Below are positions 1 to 8,380 of a stretch of 18,062 nt of DNA, one piece after another. The stretch is from a virus: UHGV virus genome UHGV-0041835; one strand, given 5' to 3'. The stretch's first letter is position 1. Every line of letters begins with the position of its first letter. A program made the position numbers and the translations under genes. The notes below the pieces were generated by a model, which saw only the letters and a program-made list of their open reading frames with translations, searched no databases and had not been told where the DNA came from.

Positions 1-49
1 GTGTATTGCTCACAATAATTGCATGAGTTGCCCATCGATATGGGCAGCT

Positions 50-511
50 CTATCTGCACTGCTCATTAATATACTTCTGGGTTCCTTCCAGTTGTTTTTG
101 CATAGTGATCAGCCTCTCTCTGAGGGTGAAATAATCCCGTTCAGCGGTGTCTGCCAGTCGGGGGGAGGCTGCATTATCCACGCCGGAGGCGGTGGTGGCT
201 TCACGCACTGACTGACAGACTGCTTTGATGTGCAACCGACGACGACCAGCGGCAACATCATCACGCAGAGCATCATTTTCAGCTTTCGCATCAGCTAACT
301 CCTTCGTGTATTTTGCATCGAGCGCAGCAACATCACGCTGACGCATCTGTATGTCAGTAATTACCGCGTTCGCCAGCGTCAGTTCTCTGGCATTTTTGTC
401 GCGCTGGGCTTTGTAGGTAATGGCGTTATCACGGTAATGATTAACAGCCCATGACAGGCAGACGATGATGCAGATAACCAGAGCGGAGATAATCGCGGTT
501 ACTCTGTTCAT
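50..511 (-). CDS. Rz: Spanin, inner-membrane subunit (Rz, i-spanin)
   Basis: Translation from [26 protein letters not shown]... is near-identical to lambda Rz as recalled, with an N-terminal TM segment. The ATG at 511 overlaps the endolysin stop (ATGA); the track ORF extends to a GTG at 523. Confidence 0.9.
   Translation of the reverse strand: MNRVTAIISALVICIIVCLSWAVNHYRDNAITYKAQRDKNARELTLANAVITDIQMRQRDVAALDAKYTKELADAKAENDALRDDVAAGRRRLHIKAVCQSVREATTASGVDNAASPRLADTAERDYFTLRERLITMQKQLEGTQKYINEQCR
109..291 (-). CDS. Rz1: Spanin, outer-membrane lipoprotein subunit (Rz1, o-spanin), embedded in Rz in another frame
   Basis: 60-aa ORF wholly inside Rz. It has a lipobox-like LVVVGC signal and a proline-rich stretch ([13 protein letters not shown]), matching lambda Rz1 as recalled. 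Confidence 0.85.
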   Translation of the reverse strand: MRKLKMMLCVMMLPLVVVGCTSKQSVSQCVKPPPPPAWIMQPPPDWQTPLNGIISPSERG

Positions 512-1005
512 TGCTGACCCCACAAACAGATTTCACGCTCAATCTCACGACGAGTCATGAGACCTTTCCATTGCTTACCGCCAGCATATGTCCAGCGACG
601 TAGCTGATCACATGCGCCTTTGATATCGCCCTGGTTTATTTTGCGAAGAAGCGTCGATGTTCTGAAATTGCCAGCACCCACGTTGTAAACGAATGAGTAA
701 AGAGCGCCGCGCATTGTTTCCGGTATATCGACTTTGATGTACGGGTTAATTTGTCTGGCGACCGTGGCAAGGTCTTTATTCAGGAGGGCTTTGCATTCTG
801 CTTTGGTATACGTTTTACCGAGCATGATGTCTTTTCCTGTATGCCCGTGACATACAGTCCATACACCAACAATATCTTTGTATGGTATGTAGCTGACACC
901 TTCCAGACCATCGTTACCACTTGGGCCAGTGATTAACACTGATGCTATAGCAATTGCTCCGCCACCAATAGCAGCAGCAACGGCTTTTCGTAATGATGGA
1001 GGCAT
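508..1005 (-). CDS. R: SAR (signal-anchor-release) endolysin, lysozyme family, phage 21 R-like
   Basis: 165 aa. N-terminal Gly/Ala-rich weakly hydrophobic segment ([20 protein letters not shown]) typical of a SAR domain, followed by a T4-lysozyme-like catalytic region. Start overlaps the holin stop. Confidence 0.9.
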   Translation of the reverse strand: MPPSLRKAVAAAIGGGAIAIASVLITGPSGNDGLEGVSYIPYKDIVGVWTVCHGHTGKDIMLGKTYTKAECKALLNKDLATVARQINPYIKVDIPETMRGALYSFVYNVGAGNFRTSTLLRKINQGDIKGACDQLRRWTYAGGKQWKGLMTRREIEREICLWGQQ

Positions 1006-1220
1006 TATTCACCTCTCGCAGCCTTGCGCTTATCTTCTTTAATCTTGAAATAAAGGTTTGTCAGGTACGTCAGCAGGCCAAATACCAGGCTACCCAGCAC
1101 ACCTATTGCCGCCCACTGTGAGGGCGTGACTTTATCGAGCAACTGTAAAAACCAGTACCCGGCACTACCTGCTGAGGTACCATAGGCGACACCCGTTGTT
1201 AACTTATCCATGGATTTCAT
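1005..1220 (-). CDS. S: Pinholin (phage 21 S-like class II holin) with dual-start motif
   Basis: 71 aa beginning MKSMDKL (Met1 and Met4 give a possible antiholin/holin dual start), two predicted TM helices, and a charged C-terminus ([13 protein letters not shown]). Lies immediately upstream of the endolysin. Confidence 0.85.
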
Positions 1221-1345
1221 AACCCCACCTCGCAGACAAAGCGGGTGTAAATTAAGGGGATACTACGTATCGCAATAAAGGCAGAAACGTAACAGATTCG
1301 GAGTCAGTGAATAACTCAGGTATTGGGTTATCAGCTAATATCGAG

Positions 1346-1382
1346 ACTCAAAAAATGGAAAAACCCGCTCGACGGCGGGTTT
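1346..1382 (-). terminator. Candidate intrinsic terminator on the minus strand, upstream of the holin gene
   Basis: 8-bp GC-rich stem AAACCCGC/GCGGGTTT (1361-1382) with a 6-nt loop. On the minus strand it is followed by TTTTTCCATTTTTTGAG. Confidence 0.45.
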
Positions 1383-1808
1383 AAGCTGTGTGACGAAGTA
1401 ACCACTCTTAACAGCATAACCAATTTTTTACGTACGTAAACTACTAAATGATATTTGTGAGAATGCCACCGAGTGTTCAAAACACCACCACAAATGCATA
1501 AGAAAACTTCAACAAATAACCAGTTAATAATTTCCGATGTTATTTTTAGTTTGTTTAAATTAAGCTAAAGAATTATAGAGCACTTATAAATAAGTGCCAT
1601 TAATATAAATTAGCTAATAGATTTATTTTTGTTCAGACAAGAGCCATGAATAGGATTAGATAGAAAAGGTTCAGATAAAAATAGAGATCTACTTCACAAA
1701 TTAAATGAGAAACTAAAACTTACATCTTGAAATAATCACATTGATTAGATGAATATTTATCGCGCAGTGACATCATTTTTTAATAATAGTTCAAAAAAAG
1801 GGCGTACA

Positions 1809-2891
1809 ATGAAAAAATTAACAGTGGCAATTTCTGCTGTAGCTGCATCAGTACTGATGGCGATGTCTGCTCAGGCAGCTGAAATTTATAATAAAGACAG
1901 TAACAAGCTGGATCTATACGGGAAAGTTAATGCCAAGCACTACTTCTCCTCTAATGATGCAGATGATGGTGATACTACTTATGCCCGTCTTGGCTTCAAA
2001 GGTGAAACCCAAATCAACGATCAACTGACTGGTTTCGGTCAGTGGGAATATGAATTCAAAGGCAACCGTGCTGAATCTCAAGGTTCTTCCAAAGACAAAA
2101 CCCGTCTTGCATTTGCAGGCCTGAAATTTGGTGATTACGGCTCAATCGATTACGGCCGTAACTACGGTGTAGCATACGACATCGGTGCGTGGACTGACGT
2201 TCTGCCAGAATTCGGTGGTGATACCTGGACCCAAACAGATGTGTTCATGACTGGTCGCACTACTGGTGTTGCAACTTATCGTAACAACGACTTCTTTGGT
2301 CTGGTCGATGGCCTGAACTTTGCTGCTCAGTATCAGGGTAAAAATGACCGCACTGACGTAACTGAAGCTAACGGTGATGGTTTCGGTTTCTCCACTACTT
2401 ATGAGTATGAAGGATTCGGCGTGGGTGCAACCTATGCTAAATCAGATCGCACTGACGGTCAGGTCGCCTATGGTAAGAGCAAATTCAATGCCTCCGGCAA
2501 AAATGCGGAAGTATGGGCTGCAGGCCTGAAATATGATGCGAACAATATCTATCTGGCTACCACATATTCTGAAACTCAGAATATGACCGTTTTTGGTAAT
2601 AACCATATTGCAAACAAAGCACAAAACTTTGAAGCAGTAGCACAATATCAGTTTGACTTCGGTCTGCGTCCATCTGTTGCTTACCTTCAGTCAAAAGGTA
2701 AAGACCTTGGTGTTCATGGTGACCGAGACTTAGTCAAGTATGTCGATGTCGGTGCTACTTACTACTTTAATAAAAACATGTCCACTTTTGTTGATTACAA
2801 AATCAACTTAATTGACGATAGTAAGTTTACCAAAACAGCTGGTATTGATACCGACGACATCGTCGCTGTAGGTCTGGTTTATCAGTTCTAA
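1809..2891 (+). CDS. nmpC: Outer-membrane general porin (OmpC/OmpF family; prophage NmpC/Lc-like moron)
   Basis: Signal peptide [29 protein letters not shown], a beta-barrel porin sequence and the C-terminal VGLVYQF motif ending in Phe. The real start is the ATG at 1809 with AAGGG upstream; the track ORF begins at an upstream in-frame ATG at 1749. Orientation is opposite to the flanking late genes. Confidence 0.9.
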   Translation: MKKLTVAISAVAASVLMAMSAQAAEIYNKDSNKLDLYGKVNAKHYFSSNDADDGDTTYARLGFKGETQINDQLTGFGQWEYEFKGNRAESQGSSKDKTRLAFAGLKFGDYGSIDYGRNYGVAYDIGAWTDVLPEFGGDTWTQTDVFMTGRTTGVATYRNNDFFGLVDGLNFAAQYQGKNDRTDVTEANGDGFGFSTTYEYEGFGVGATYAKSDRTDGQVAYGKSKFNASGKNAEVWAAGLKYDANNIYLATTYSETQNMTVFGNNHIANKAQNFEAVAQYQFDFGLRPSVAYLQSKGKDLGVHGDRDLVKYVDVGATYYFNKNMSTFVDYKINLIDDSKFTKTAGIDTDDIVAVGLVYQF

Positions 2892-2900
2892 TCTGACTTA

Positions 2901-2942
2901 CGAAAAAGATATGTTGCGGGAGGCTTTGCCTCCGCAACATAT
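2901..2942 (-). terminator. Hairpin terminator (minus-strand sense), candidate tR'-like terminator about 140 nt downstream of Q; may also end the porin transcript
   Basis: Stem ATGTTGCGGGAGGC/GCCTCCGCAACAT with loop TTTG. The minus strand has ATCTTTTTCG right after the stem; the plus strand has no U-run. Confidence 0.5.
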
Positions 2943-3029
2943 AAGTGGAGCCCTCAAGCCACTTCCTTTAGAAGCACTACCTTGCTTCTTACTATATAAA
3001 CCTTCTGTTATATATTACCCTTTATTTTG

Positions 3030-3056
3030 GGGGCGTTTCCACGCCCCATTTTTAAT
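3030..3056 (+). terminator. Intrinsic terminator (plus strand) downstream of the porin gene
   Basis: Stem GGGGCGT/ACGCCCC with loop TTCC, followed by ATTTTTAAT on the plus strand. Confidence 0.5.
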
Positions 3057-3079
3057 AACTTTTAGTAAACAATTGCATA

Positions 3080-3463
3080 TCAATTAGAATTATTAGCAAC
3101 GATATCCATATCTAACCGGATATCTAATGCCATTAACATCCCTTCAATTATGCCCTCAGCCTTCTGTAACCTTTTCCCGATATAACCATCCGAGCAGCAA
3201 TGCTTACTTGCCAGTGACATGAATGTCATACCACATACATAATAATCTACTAATAAATCGTGTAAATCGCTGTTGTTCTTTTTCAGACGGGCCATGCACC
3301 CGCAAATGATCATCGCGTCATCGTCACAACATTGCGGGCGAGATTTTACTTTTGAAGGAATTAATCCCTTAAAACCGGCGGCAATGGACGACCAGGTCAC
3401 ATCTTCATGATTATTAGCCGCCCACGCACCCCAACGCTCAAGAACCATCTGAATATCACGCAT
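3080..3463 (-). CDS. Q: Late-gene antitermination protein Q (21/DLP12 QuuD-like)
   Basis: 127 aa from [22 protein letters not shown]..., with Cys-rich zinc-binding motifs ([23 protein letters not shown]). ATG at 3463 has GGAG 8 nt upstream; the track ORF starts at an upstream TTG. Sits upstream of the late region. Confidence 0.85.
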   Translation of the reverse strand: MRDIQMVLERWGAWAANNHEDVTWSSIAAGFKGLIPSKVKSRPQCCDDDAMIICGCMARLKKNNSDLHDLLVDYYVCGMTFMSLASKHCCSDGYIGKRLQKAEGIIEGMLMALDIRLDMDIVANNSN

Positions 3464-3548
3464 CAACTTACTCCACAAAAATCAGACCAGAACGCCAATT
3501 ACAAGCAAAAATCAACAAAACAGTATTAGTTGATTGTTATCTCTGACT

Positions 3549-3686
3549 TCATACTCCTGTTCCTGTCAGGGTTTTGGCGTAATTCTTCAGTATTCGGTAA
3601 TCGGTCAAAACAGAACCGAGGAAACGATATAAGCGCAGACGCCCCCAGCGGTGGCGAAGAAGTTCTGCCATATTAAACTCAAACAT
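3549..3686 (-). CDS. ylcG: Small conserved lambdoid protein, YlcG-like (45 aa)
   Basis: Not in the ORF track (under 60 aa). Hand translation gives [45 protein letters not shown]. The ATG overlaps the rusA stop (TGATG), and the position between rusA and Q matches DLP12. Confidence 0.55.
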   Translation of the reverse strand: MFEFNMAELLRHRWGRLRLYRFLGSVLTDYRILKNYAKTLTGTGV

Positions 3687-4048
3687 CATTCATTCCCCAT
3701 TTCGGTGATGGTCAGTTCCAGCCTCCCACCTTTGGTAACAGGCATCTTCACAACGCGGTAATCAACGACCTGAGCATCATCCAGCCAGAAACCTGCTTTA
3801 GTGAGTGCGTCAAAAGCGGCTTTTTGCAGATTATCCAGGTCACGGCGACGGCGATCCGGCATGTGGCACTCAATGCGGATTTTCACAGGCATAGCCAGGC
3901 CGATATCCAGCATTGCGTTTTTAATGATTCGGGCGACGTTATCGCGGTATGCCTGCCCCTCTGCGCTGACGTGCGTGCGCCCGCGATTATGGCGGTAATA
4001 GCGATTATTGCTCGGAGGCCAGGGTAATGTGATGCTGTAGGTATTCAC
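3686..4048 (-). CDS. rusA: Holliday-junction resolvase RusA
   Basis: 120 aa, [37 protein letters not shown]..., matching prophage RusA as recalled. The start codon is GTG. Confidence 0.9.
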   Translation of the reverse strand: MNTYSITLPWPPSNNRYYRHNRGRTHVSAEGQAYRDNVARIIKNAMLDIGLAMPVKIRIECHMPDRRRRDLDNLQKAAFDALTKAGFWLDDAQVVDYRVVKMPVTKGGRLELTITEMGNE

Positions 4049-4262
4049 GCCTTAATAACCCCCTCTTTCAGCCACATAACCTGTGTTCTCGCCATACCTT
4101 CCAGCGCGCATTCTTTTGCATATGCAGCATCGACTTGCTTGGCATGCCCTTTACCGGCAATCTTCTGTATGCGCTAAACCTAGATAGAATCCACTCTGTG
4201 CACATTGAAGCCCGCTCTATGCTTTCTTTCAGGTATTGAAGGGATTGAGATGGGCTAAGCAT
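4045..4262 (-). pseudogene. Probably frame-disrupted small gene upstream of rusA (N-terminal and C-terminal parts in different frames)
   Basis: The 64-aa track ORF (4068-4262) starts next to the upstream gene's stop. A second frame is open from 4173 to a TGA that overlaps the rusA GTG (GTGA) and encodes ...[28 protein letters not shown], but it has an in-frame TAG at 4174-4176 and no usable start. Both ends look translationally coupled to neighbours while the middle changes frame. Confidence 0.3.
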
Positions 4263-4602
4263 TATTGGCCTCCTGCATCAGGAGAAAGACAATCATGGCG
4301 GCGCGGAGAGGTCTGGTATCAAATATTGGGCTTACGCCTTTTGCATCCACACACCATTCAGTTAACTGGTCTAAGATAGAAATCCTGTATTTCTCAATAA
4401 TCGGCCATGAAGCGCTCGGATCATTGCAGTAGTCAGGCAAATGATTTAATGGCTCAAAAGTTGTATCAGCATTTCCGTAATACCATTTGTTGGTGTTATT
4501 CCCTGATGTTTCCGGTTTACTTGCCCAAAGGCCTTTAAAAATTATGTCTCCTACCATTCTGTTAATTTCAAAATCACTTAACTGTGAATAATCCATTGTC
4601 AT
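4255..4602 (-). CDS. Hypothetical nin-region protein (NinX/DUF2591-like)
   Basis: 115 aa from [19 protein letters not shown].... ATG at 4602 overlaps the ninE stop (ATGA). Family assignment is from memory only. Confidence 0.55.
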   Translation of the reverse strand: MTMDYSQLSDFEINRMVGDIIFKGLWASKPETSGNNTNKWYYGNADTTFEPLNHLPDYCNDPSASWPIIEKYRISILDQLTEWCVDAKGVSPIFDTRPLRAAMIVFLLMQEANNA

Positions 4603-4775
4603 TTCCTCGCACGATATCTTAGCCACCGGATATCCCACAGGTGGGCTGTGTAATTGAAGGTTTTTACGTCAGATTCTTTTGGGATTAGCTTGCGTTTATT
4701 TCTGGAGCGTTTCGTTGGAAGGTATTTGCAGTTTTCGCAGATTATGTCGGTGATGCTTCGTCGCTGTCGTCTCAT
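4599..4775 (-). CDS. ninE: NinE protein
   Basis: 58 aa, [58 protein letters not shown], recognisable as lambda NinE. ATG at 4775 overlaps the methyltransferase stop (ATGA); the track ORF is extended upstream. Confidence 0.8.
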   Translation of the reverse strand: MRRQRRSITDIICENCKYLPTKRSRNKRKLIPKESDVKTFNYTAHLWDIRWLRYRARK

Positions 4776-5299
4776 GCAGCCCTCCTGACGCCCTGCCCGA
4801 TCGCCATCAATGCCGCTTTGGATACGGTAGTAAACATCCGTCGAGGACTGATGAACGGTCGCCAAATCAGCAGCATGGAGCCTTTGCTGTTTCCCTTCTT
4901 CTCCAGCCCTGTCGATGGTTCGATAAAATTAATCCGTCCATCAGTGATAATACGAACTTCGTCAACACTCTCCAGAGCCTTGCTGAACCATCCGACAGAC
5001 ATATCCTCTGGCACAAGCATCACTACCGTCTGTCGCTGTTGTATACACTGCTCAGCGGCTTTTTCCACCCACGGCCTGATATTGCTGTACGGTGGGTTAT
5101 TCCAGATTGCACCGTGGCTTACCCACTCAGAATTGAGCGCGTCGTCGTCCTCAGTTAGCCAGTGAGCGCACAGAGCATTTTTGTCGCTCGCTGCCGAATC
5201 CAGCCAGAATCCAAACTCAATATCCAGTGCATCAAAAAGCCAAAGCGGCGTTTGCCAGCAGTCCTTGTCGTGTGCTGGCGTATTTGATTTGATAGTCAT
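4772..5299 (-). CDS. DNA N6-adenine methyltransferase (phage Dam-like orphan MTase)
   Basis: About 175 aa from [25 protein letters not shown]..., containing the NPPY catalytic motif of N6-adenine methyltransferases. Start overlaps the ninB stop (ATGA). Confidence 0.8.
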   Translation of the reverse strand: MTIKSNTPAHDKDCWQTPLWLFDALDIEFGFWLDSAASDKNALCAHWLTEDDDALNSEWVSHGAIWNNPPYSNIRPWVEKAAEQCIQQRQTVVMLVPEDMSVGWFSKALESVDEVRIITDGRINFIEPSTGLEKKGNSKGSMLLIWRPFISPRRMFTTVSKAALMAIGQGVRRAA

Positions 5300-5736
5300 G
5301 CAGCCCGATCTCCCCATCGCGCTTTCCATTCGAGAGCCAGTCGCGCTTCGTCTGACCACTTAACGCCACGCTCTGTACCGAATGCCTGTATAAGCTCTAA
5401 TAGCTCCGCAAATTCGCTTACACGCATCCTGCTGGTTGACTGGCCTATTACCACAAAGCCATTCCCGGCAAGGTTAGGAACAACATCCTGCTGCTTTAAT
5501 GCTGCGGTAAACACACACTTCCAGCTTTCTGCATCCAGCCAGCGACCATGCCATTCAACCTGACGAGAGACGTCACCTAAGCAGGCCCATAGCTTCCTGT
5601 TTTGGTCTAAGCTGCGGTTGCGTTCCTGAATGGTTACTACGATTGGTTTGGTTGGGTCTGGAAGGATTTGCTGTACTGCGTGAATAGCGTTTTGCTGATG
5701 TGCCGGAGATCGAATTTCAAAGGTTAGTTTTTTCAT
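5296..5736 (-). CDS. ninB: NinB (Orf) recombination mediator protein
   Basis: 146 aa from MKKLTFEIRSPAHQQNAIHAVQQILPDPTKPIVVTIQERNRSLDQNRKLWACLGDV..., matching lambda NinB as recalled. The track ORF begins 6 codons upstream. Confidence 0.9.
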   Translation of the reverse strand: MKKLTFEIRSPAHQQNAIHAVQQILPDPTKPIVVTIQERNRSLDQNRKLWACLGDVSRQVEWHGRWLDAESWKCVFTAALKQQDVVPNLAGNGFVVIGQSTSRMRVSEFAELLELIQAFGTERGVKWSDEARLALEWKARWGDRAA

Positions 5737-5749
5737 GACTTCCCTCTCC

Positions 5750-5784
5750 CCCAAATAAAAAGGCCTGCGATTACCTGCAGGCCT
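5750..5784 (-). terminator. tR2-like intrinsic terminator between ren and ninB
   Basis: GC-rich hairpin AGGCCTGC...GCAGGCCT (5761-5784); the minus strand follows it with TTTTATTTGGG. Position matches lambda tR2, upstream of the nin region. Confidence 0.55.
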
Positions 5785-5809
5785 GTTATTAGCTCAGTGA
5801 TGTAGATGG

Positions 5810-6100
5810 TCATCTTTTAACTCCATATACCGCCAATATCCGTTTCATCGTGGCACTCTGGCGACACTCCTTAAAAATCAGGTTCGTGCTCATCTTTCCT
5901 TCCCGTTCTTCCTTGGTAGCAAACCGGTAATACACCGTTCGCCAGACCTTACCTTCGATAACCAGAAGACCTGCCCGTGCCATTTTAGCCGCGGCCTGAT
6001 TTATGCTGGTTACTGTTGCGCCTGTTAGCGCGGCAACGTCCGGCGCACAGAAGCTATTATGCGTCCCCAGGTAATGAATAATTGCCTCTTTGCCCGTCAT
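5810..6100 (-). CDS. ren: Ren protein
   Basis: 96 aa, MTGKEAIIHYLGTHNSFCAPDVAALTGATVTSINQAAAKMARAGLLVIEGKVWRTVYY..., matching lambda Ren. Start overlaps the P stop. Confidence 0.85.
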   Translation of the reverse strand: MTGKEAIIHYLGTHNSFCAPDVAALTGATVTSINQAAAKMARAGLLVIEGKVWRTVYYRFATKEEREGKMSTNLIFKECRQSATMKRILAVYGVKR

Positions 6101-6798
6101 ACACTTGCTCCTTTCAGTCCTAACTTAGCTTTAATTTCTGCGATCTTCGCCAGCGCCTGAACACGATTTAGAGGTCTGCCGCCCATGACAGGAAGTTGTT
6201 TTACTGGTTCAGGTATCGTCTCACCACGGTTAATTCGCGCTGTCATACAGGTCAGTTCATCGGCAGCCTTGCGTCGTAATTCCGCGTCAGTCAGCGCATT
6301 GGCCCGCATGTTCTGGTACAGGTTGGTAACCAGCCAGTAGTGCGCGTTCGATTTCCACGGATAAGACTCTGCATCCGGATACAGGCCTCGCTTCCGGCAA
6401 TACTCGTAAACCATATCAACCAGCTCGCTGACGTTTGGCAGTCCGGCGATAACGGATGCTTCTTCCCGGCACCATGCAACAAACTGCCCGGGTGATGGCA
6501 GAAATGGTCGATTCTGCCGACGGGCTACGCGCATTCCTGCGTTAACCTGTTCCATTGTGGTGATCCCGTTTTCCCGGAAAGCCAGAACCCACTGGCGGCG
6601 GATTTCGTTCAGTTCGTTCTGGTCACGGTTAGCCAGACTCGCCGGGAAAGTTGCCAGTAACTGGCTGAACACACCGTTGATGATCTGCGCTACCTGCTGT
6701 ACCTGCGGCTTTTCGTCGTACTGTTCCGGCATGTTGTTGGCGATCCGACGCATCTGCTCACGGTCAAAATTAACCATCTGTGCGGCGATGTTTTTCAT
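6097..6798 (-). CDS. P: Replication protein P (DnaB helicase loader)
   Basis: 233 aa, MKNIAAQMVNFDREQMRRIANNMPEQYDEKPQVQQVAQIINGVF..., near-identical to lambda P as recalled. Confidence 0.9.
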   Translation of the reverse strand: MKNIAAQMVNFDREQMRRIANNMPEQYDEKPQVQQVAQIINGVFSQLLATFPASLANRDQNELNEIRRQWVLAFRENGITTMEQVNAGMRVARRQNRPFLPSPGQFVAWCREEASVIAGLPNVSELVDMVYEYCRKRGLYPDAESYPWKSNAHYWLVTNLYQNMRANALTDAELRRKAADELTCMTARINRGETIPEPVKQLPVMGGRPLNRVQALAKIAEIKAKLGLKGASV

Positions 6799-7694
6799 AA
6801 ATCCACCCCGTAAATCCAGTCAGTGTTTGTCAGGTCGAGTTTTGGTTTGCAGGCTGTCACACCTGCCTGTTGCTTGTTACGGTTGATTTCGAGCTGGGTC
6901 CACTTGTCGCGGAGTTTGGCCGGGCTCAGCACGTTACCGGACCAGAAGTTGTCCTGGCATGCCCAGCGGAACAGTACACACATGTCGCGATGGTTACGTC
7001 CGTCACGTTCACGCATCAGGCGGATATCGTTAGCCCACCCTGCAAAATTCGGTTTTCTGGCTGATGGCGCGATGGTCTTCACCATGTCAAACATCCATTC
7101 TGCGGCGGTCAGGTCTTCTGCTGTCCCCCACTTGCTGCCGCTCTGAATTGCAGCATCCGGTTTCACCACAGAAAGGTCGTTTTCTGGCTGGTCAGAGGAT
7201 TCGCCAGAATTCTCTGACGAATAATCTTTTCTTTTTTCTTTTGTAATAGTGTCTTTTGTGTCCCCCTGTTTTGAGGGATAGCAATCCCCCAATTTGAGGG
7301 ATGTTTTATCCCTCGTTTTAGGGGATTTTCCCTCGTTTTGAGGGATACACCATTCTGAGATGTTTTTATTTGGTCCAAACATGCCGCCTTGCTGCTTGAT
7401 AATATTCATTCTGACGAGTTCTAACTTGGCTTCATTGCACCGTTTGACGGGTAACTTTGTAATCTCGCTAAGTTGAGAATCGGTGATTCTGTCCATTGGT
7501 TTATTCCATCCATAGGTTTTACGCAGAATGGCAAGCAGCACTTTAAACTGTCGCTTGGTCAGATCTGCGCCTGAATAAGCCTCAAGCAGCATATTTGATA
7601 GTCTGGCGTAACCATCATCGAGATCTGCCACATTACGCTCCTGTTTGGCAAAGTTACCTCTGCAGAAGTTGAGTATTTTTGCTGTATTTGTCAT
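6795..7694 (-). CDS. O: Replication initiator protein O
   Basis: 299 aa, MTNTAKILNF...TDWIYGVDL, near-identical to lambda O as recalled. Contains the origin iterons internally. Confidence 0.9.
   Translation of the reverse strand: MTNTAKILNFCRGNFAKQERNVADLDDGYARLSNMLLEAYSGADLTKRQFKVLLAILRKTYGWNKPMDRITDSQLSEITKLPVKRCNEAKLELVRMNIIKQQGGMFGPNKNISEWCIPQNEGKSPKTRDKTSLKLGDCYPSKQGDTKDTITKEKRKDYSSENSGESSDQPENDLSVVKPDAAIQSGSKWGTAEDLTAAEWMFDMVKTIAPSARKPNFAGWANDIRLMRERDGRNHRDMCVLFRWACQDNFWSGNVLSPAKLRDKWTQLEINRNKQQAGVTACKPKLDLTNTDWIYGVDL
7201..7346. repeat. ori-lambda-type replication origin: four iterons (about 7261-7346) plus adjacent AT-rich region (about 7201-7260), inside the O gene
   Basis: Four roughly 18-bp repeats, each an inverted repeat of form (T)CCC(T/C)(C/A)...TTTGAGGG(A): tccccctgttttgaggga, atcccccaatttgaggga, atccctcgttttagggga, tccctcgttttgaggga. 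Flanked by the T-rich tract tctttt cttttttcttttgt. Confidence 0.8.
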
Positions 7695-7726
7695 AATGAC
7701 TCCTGTGGATTGATCCAGTAATGACC

Positions 7727-8023
7727 TCAGAATTCCATCTGGATTTGTTCAGAACGCTCGGTTGCCGCCGGGCGTTTTTTATTGGTGAGTCCATCAAGCG
7801 CATACTTAAAAGCCCTGCTAATCGGACTGATGTCTGATGCCATTCCGAAAGCACACAAGACCGAAGCAATAAATCTCCAGTCCGTTCTGCTTATCTTCGA
7901 TTCATGACAGCCAATCATCTTTGCCAGACCGCGCTGGGTAATAGCTGACAGATTGATAAGTAAATCTGTTTCTGCGCGATCAACGTCACGCTGTGATAGT
8001 TTGCTGTAACTTGTTCTTTCCAT
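7727..8023 (-). CDS. cII: CII transcriptional activator (C-terminus lambda-like, N-terminus divergent)
   Basis: 98 aa. The C-terminal TNKKRPAATERSEQIQMEF is identical to lambda CII as recalled; the N-terminal two-thirds differ. Position between cro and O. Confidence 0.8.
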   Translation of the reverse strand: MERTSYSKLSQRDVDRAETDLLINLSAITQRGLAKMIGCHESKISRTDWRFIASVLCAFGMASDISPISRAFKYALDGLTNKKRPAATERSEQIQMEF

Positions 8024-8108
8024 TTCTTAAGATTTCCAATAGTGAATAGTTAGTTGAAAGGTATGCATGGAAACGCATATGGCCTTAGTTGGTCAGATAT
8101 CTTGGAAC

Positions 8109-8154
8109 TCGCTTTTCAGCGACGTAGGACGAATGTCCGTTGTTACAAAGAGCG
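8109..8154 (-). promoter_or_regulatory. nutR candidate: boxA plus boxB hairpin
   Basis: Minus-strand sense, just after the cro stop: CGCTCTTTGTAACAA (boxA-like) followed by TCGCT-GAAAA-AGCGA (boxB stem with GAAAA loop). The same boxB loop and core occur at the nutL candidate. Confidence 0.6.
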
Positions 8155-8164
8155 GATCCGCTTA

Positions 8165-8380
8165 TTAAGCGGCTTTGTGTTCCGGCGGGAACACGTCATC
8201 AAGACTGACTTTTGCGCCTAACTTGTTTAGGCACGCAACAAGAGCACGGCATGTTTTAAGGTCTGGGAAGCGACGACCAGATTCCCAATGTCCGATAGCT
8301 CCCTGTGTGCATCCAACTGCCTTAGCAAGTGTTGTTTGAGAGATATTCAGTGACTCTCGATATTTTCGTAGGTTGCTCAT
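8165..8380 (-). CDS. cro: Cro-like HTH repressor
   Basis: 71 aa, MSNLRKYRESLNISQTTLAKAVGCTQGAIGHWESGRRFPDLKTCRALVACLNKLGAKVSLDDVFPPEHKAA, with an HTH (QTTLAKAVGCTQGAIGHW). ATG at 8380 has GGAGGG upstream; the longer track ORF runs through the operator region. Divergent from cI. Confidence 0.75.
   Translation of the reverse strand: MSNLRKYRESLNISQTTLAKAVGCTQGAIGHWESGRRFPDLKTCRALVACLNKLGAKVSLDDVFPPEHKAA

Noticed and set aside
23-211. 62-aa plus-strand ORF at the left end
   Set aside because: Lies entirely antisense to the well-supported Rz/Rz1 genes, has low-complexity Gly-rich translation and no RBS or start context.
1749-1808. Upstream in-frame extension of the porin ORF ([20 protein letters not shown])
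   Set aside because: The signal peptide begins at the ATG at 1809, which has AAGGG upstream; the extension would put 20 residues before the signal peptide.
3464-3478. TTG-initiated upstream extension of Q
   Set aside because: The in-frame ATG at 3463 has a GGAG Shine-Dalgarno at proper spacing and the protein from that ATG looks complete.
4818-5165. 115-aa plus-strand ORF antisense to the methyltransferase
   Set aside because: Antisense to a gene with a clear catalytic motif; Ser-rich low-complexity translation.
7163-7378. 71-aa minus-strand ORF inside the O gene
   Set aside because: It spans the origin iterons and AT-rich tract in a different frame from O; the repeat-driven open frame is an artefact.
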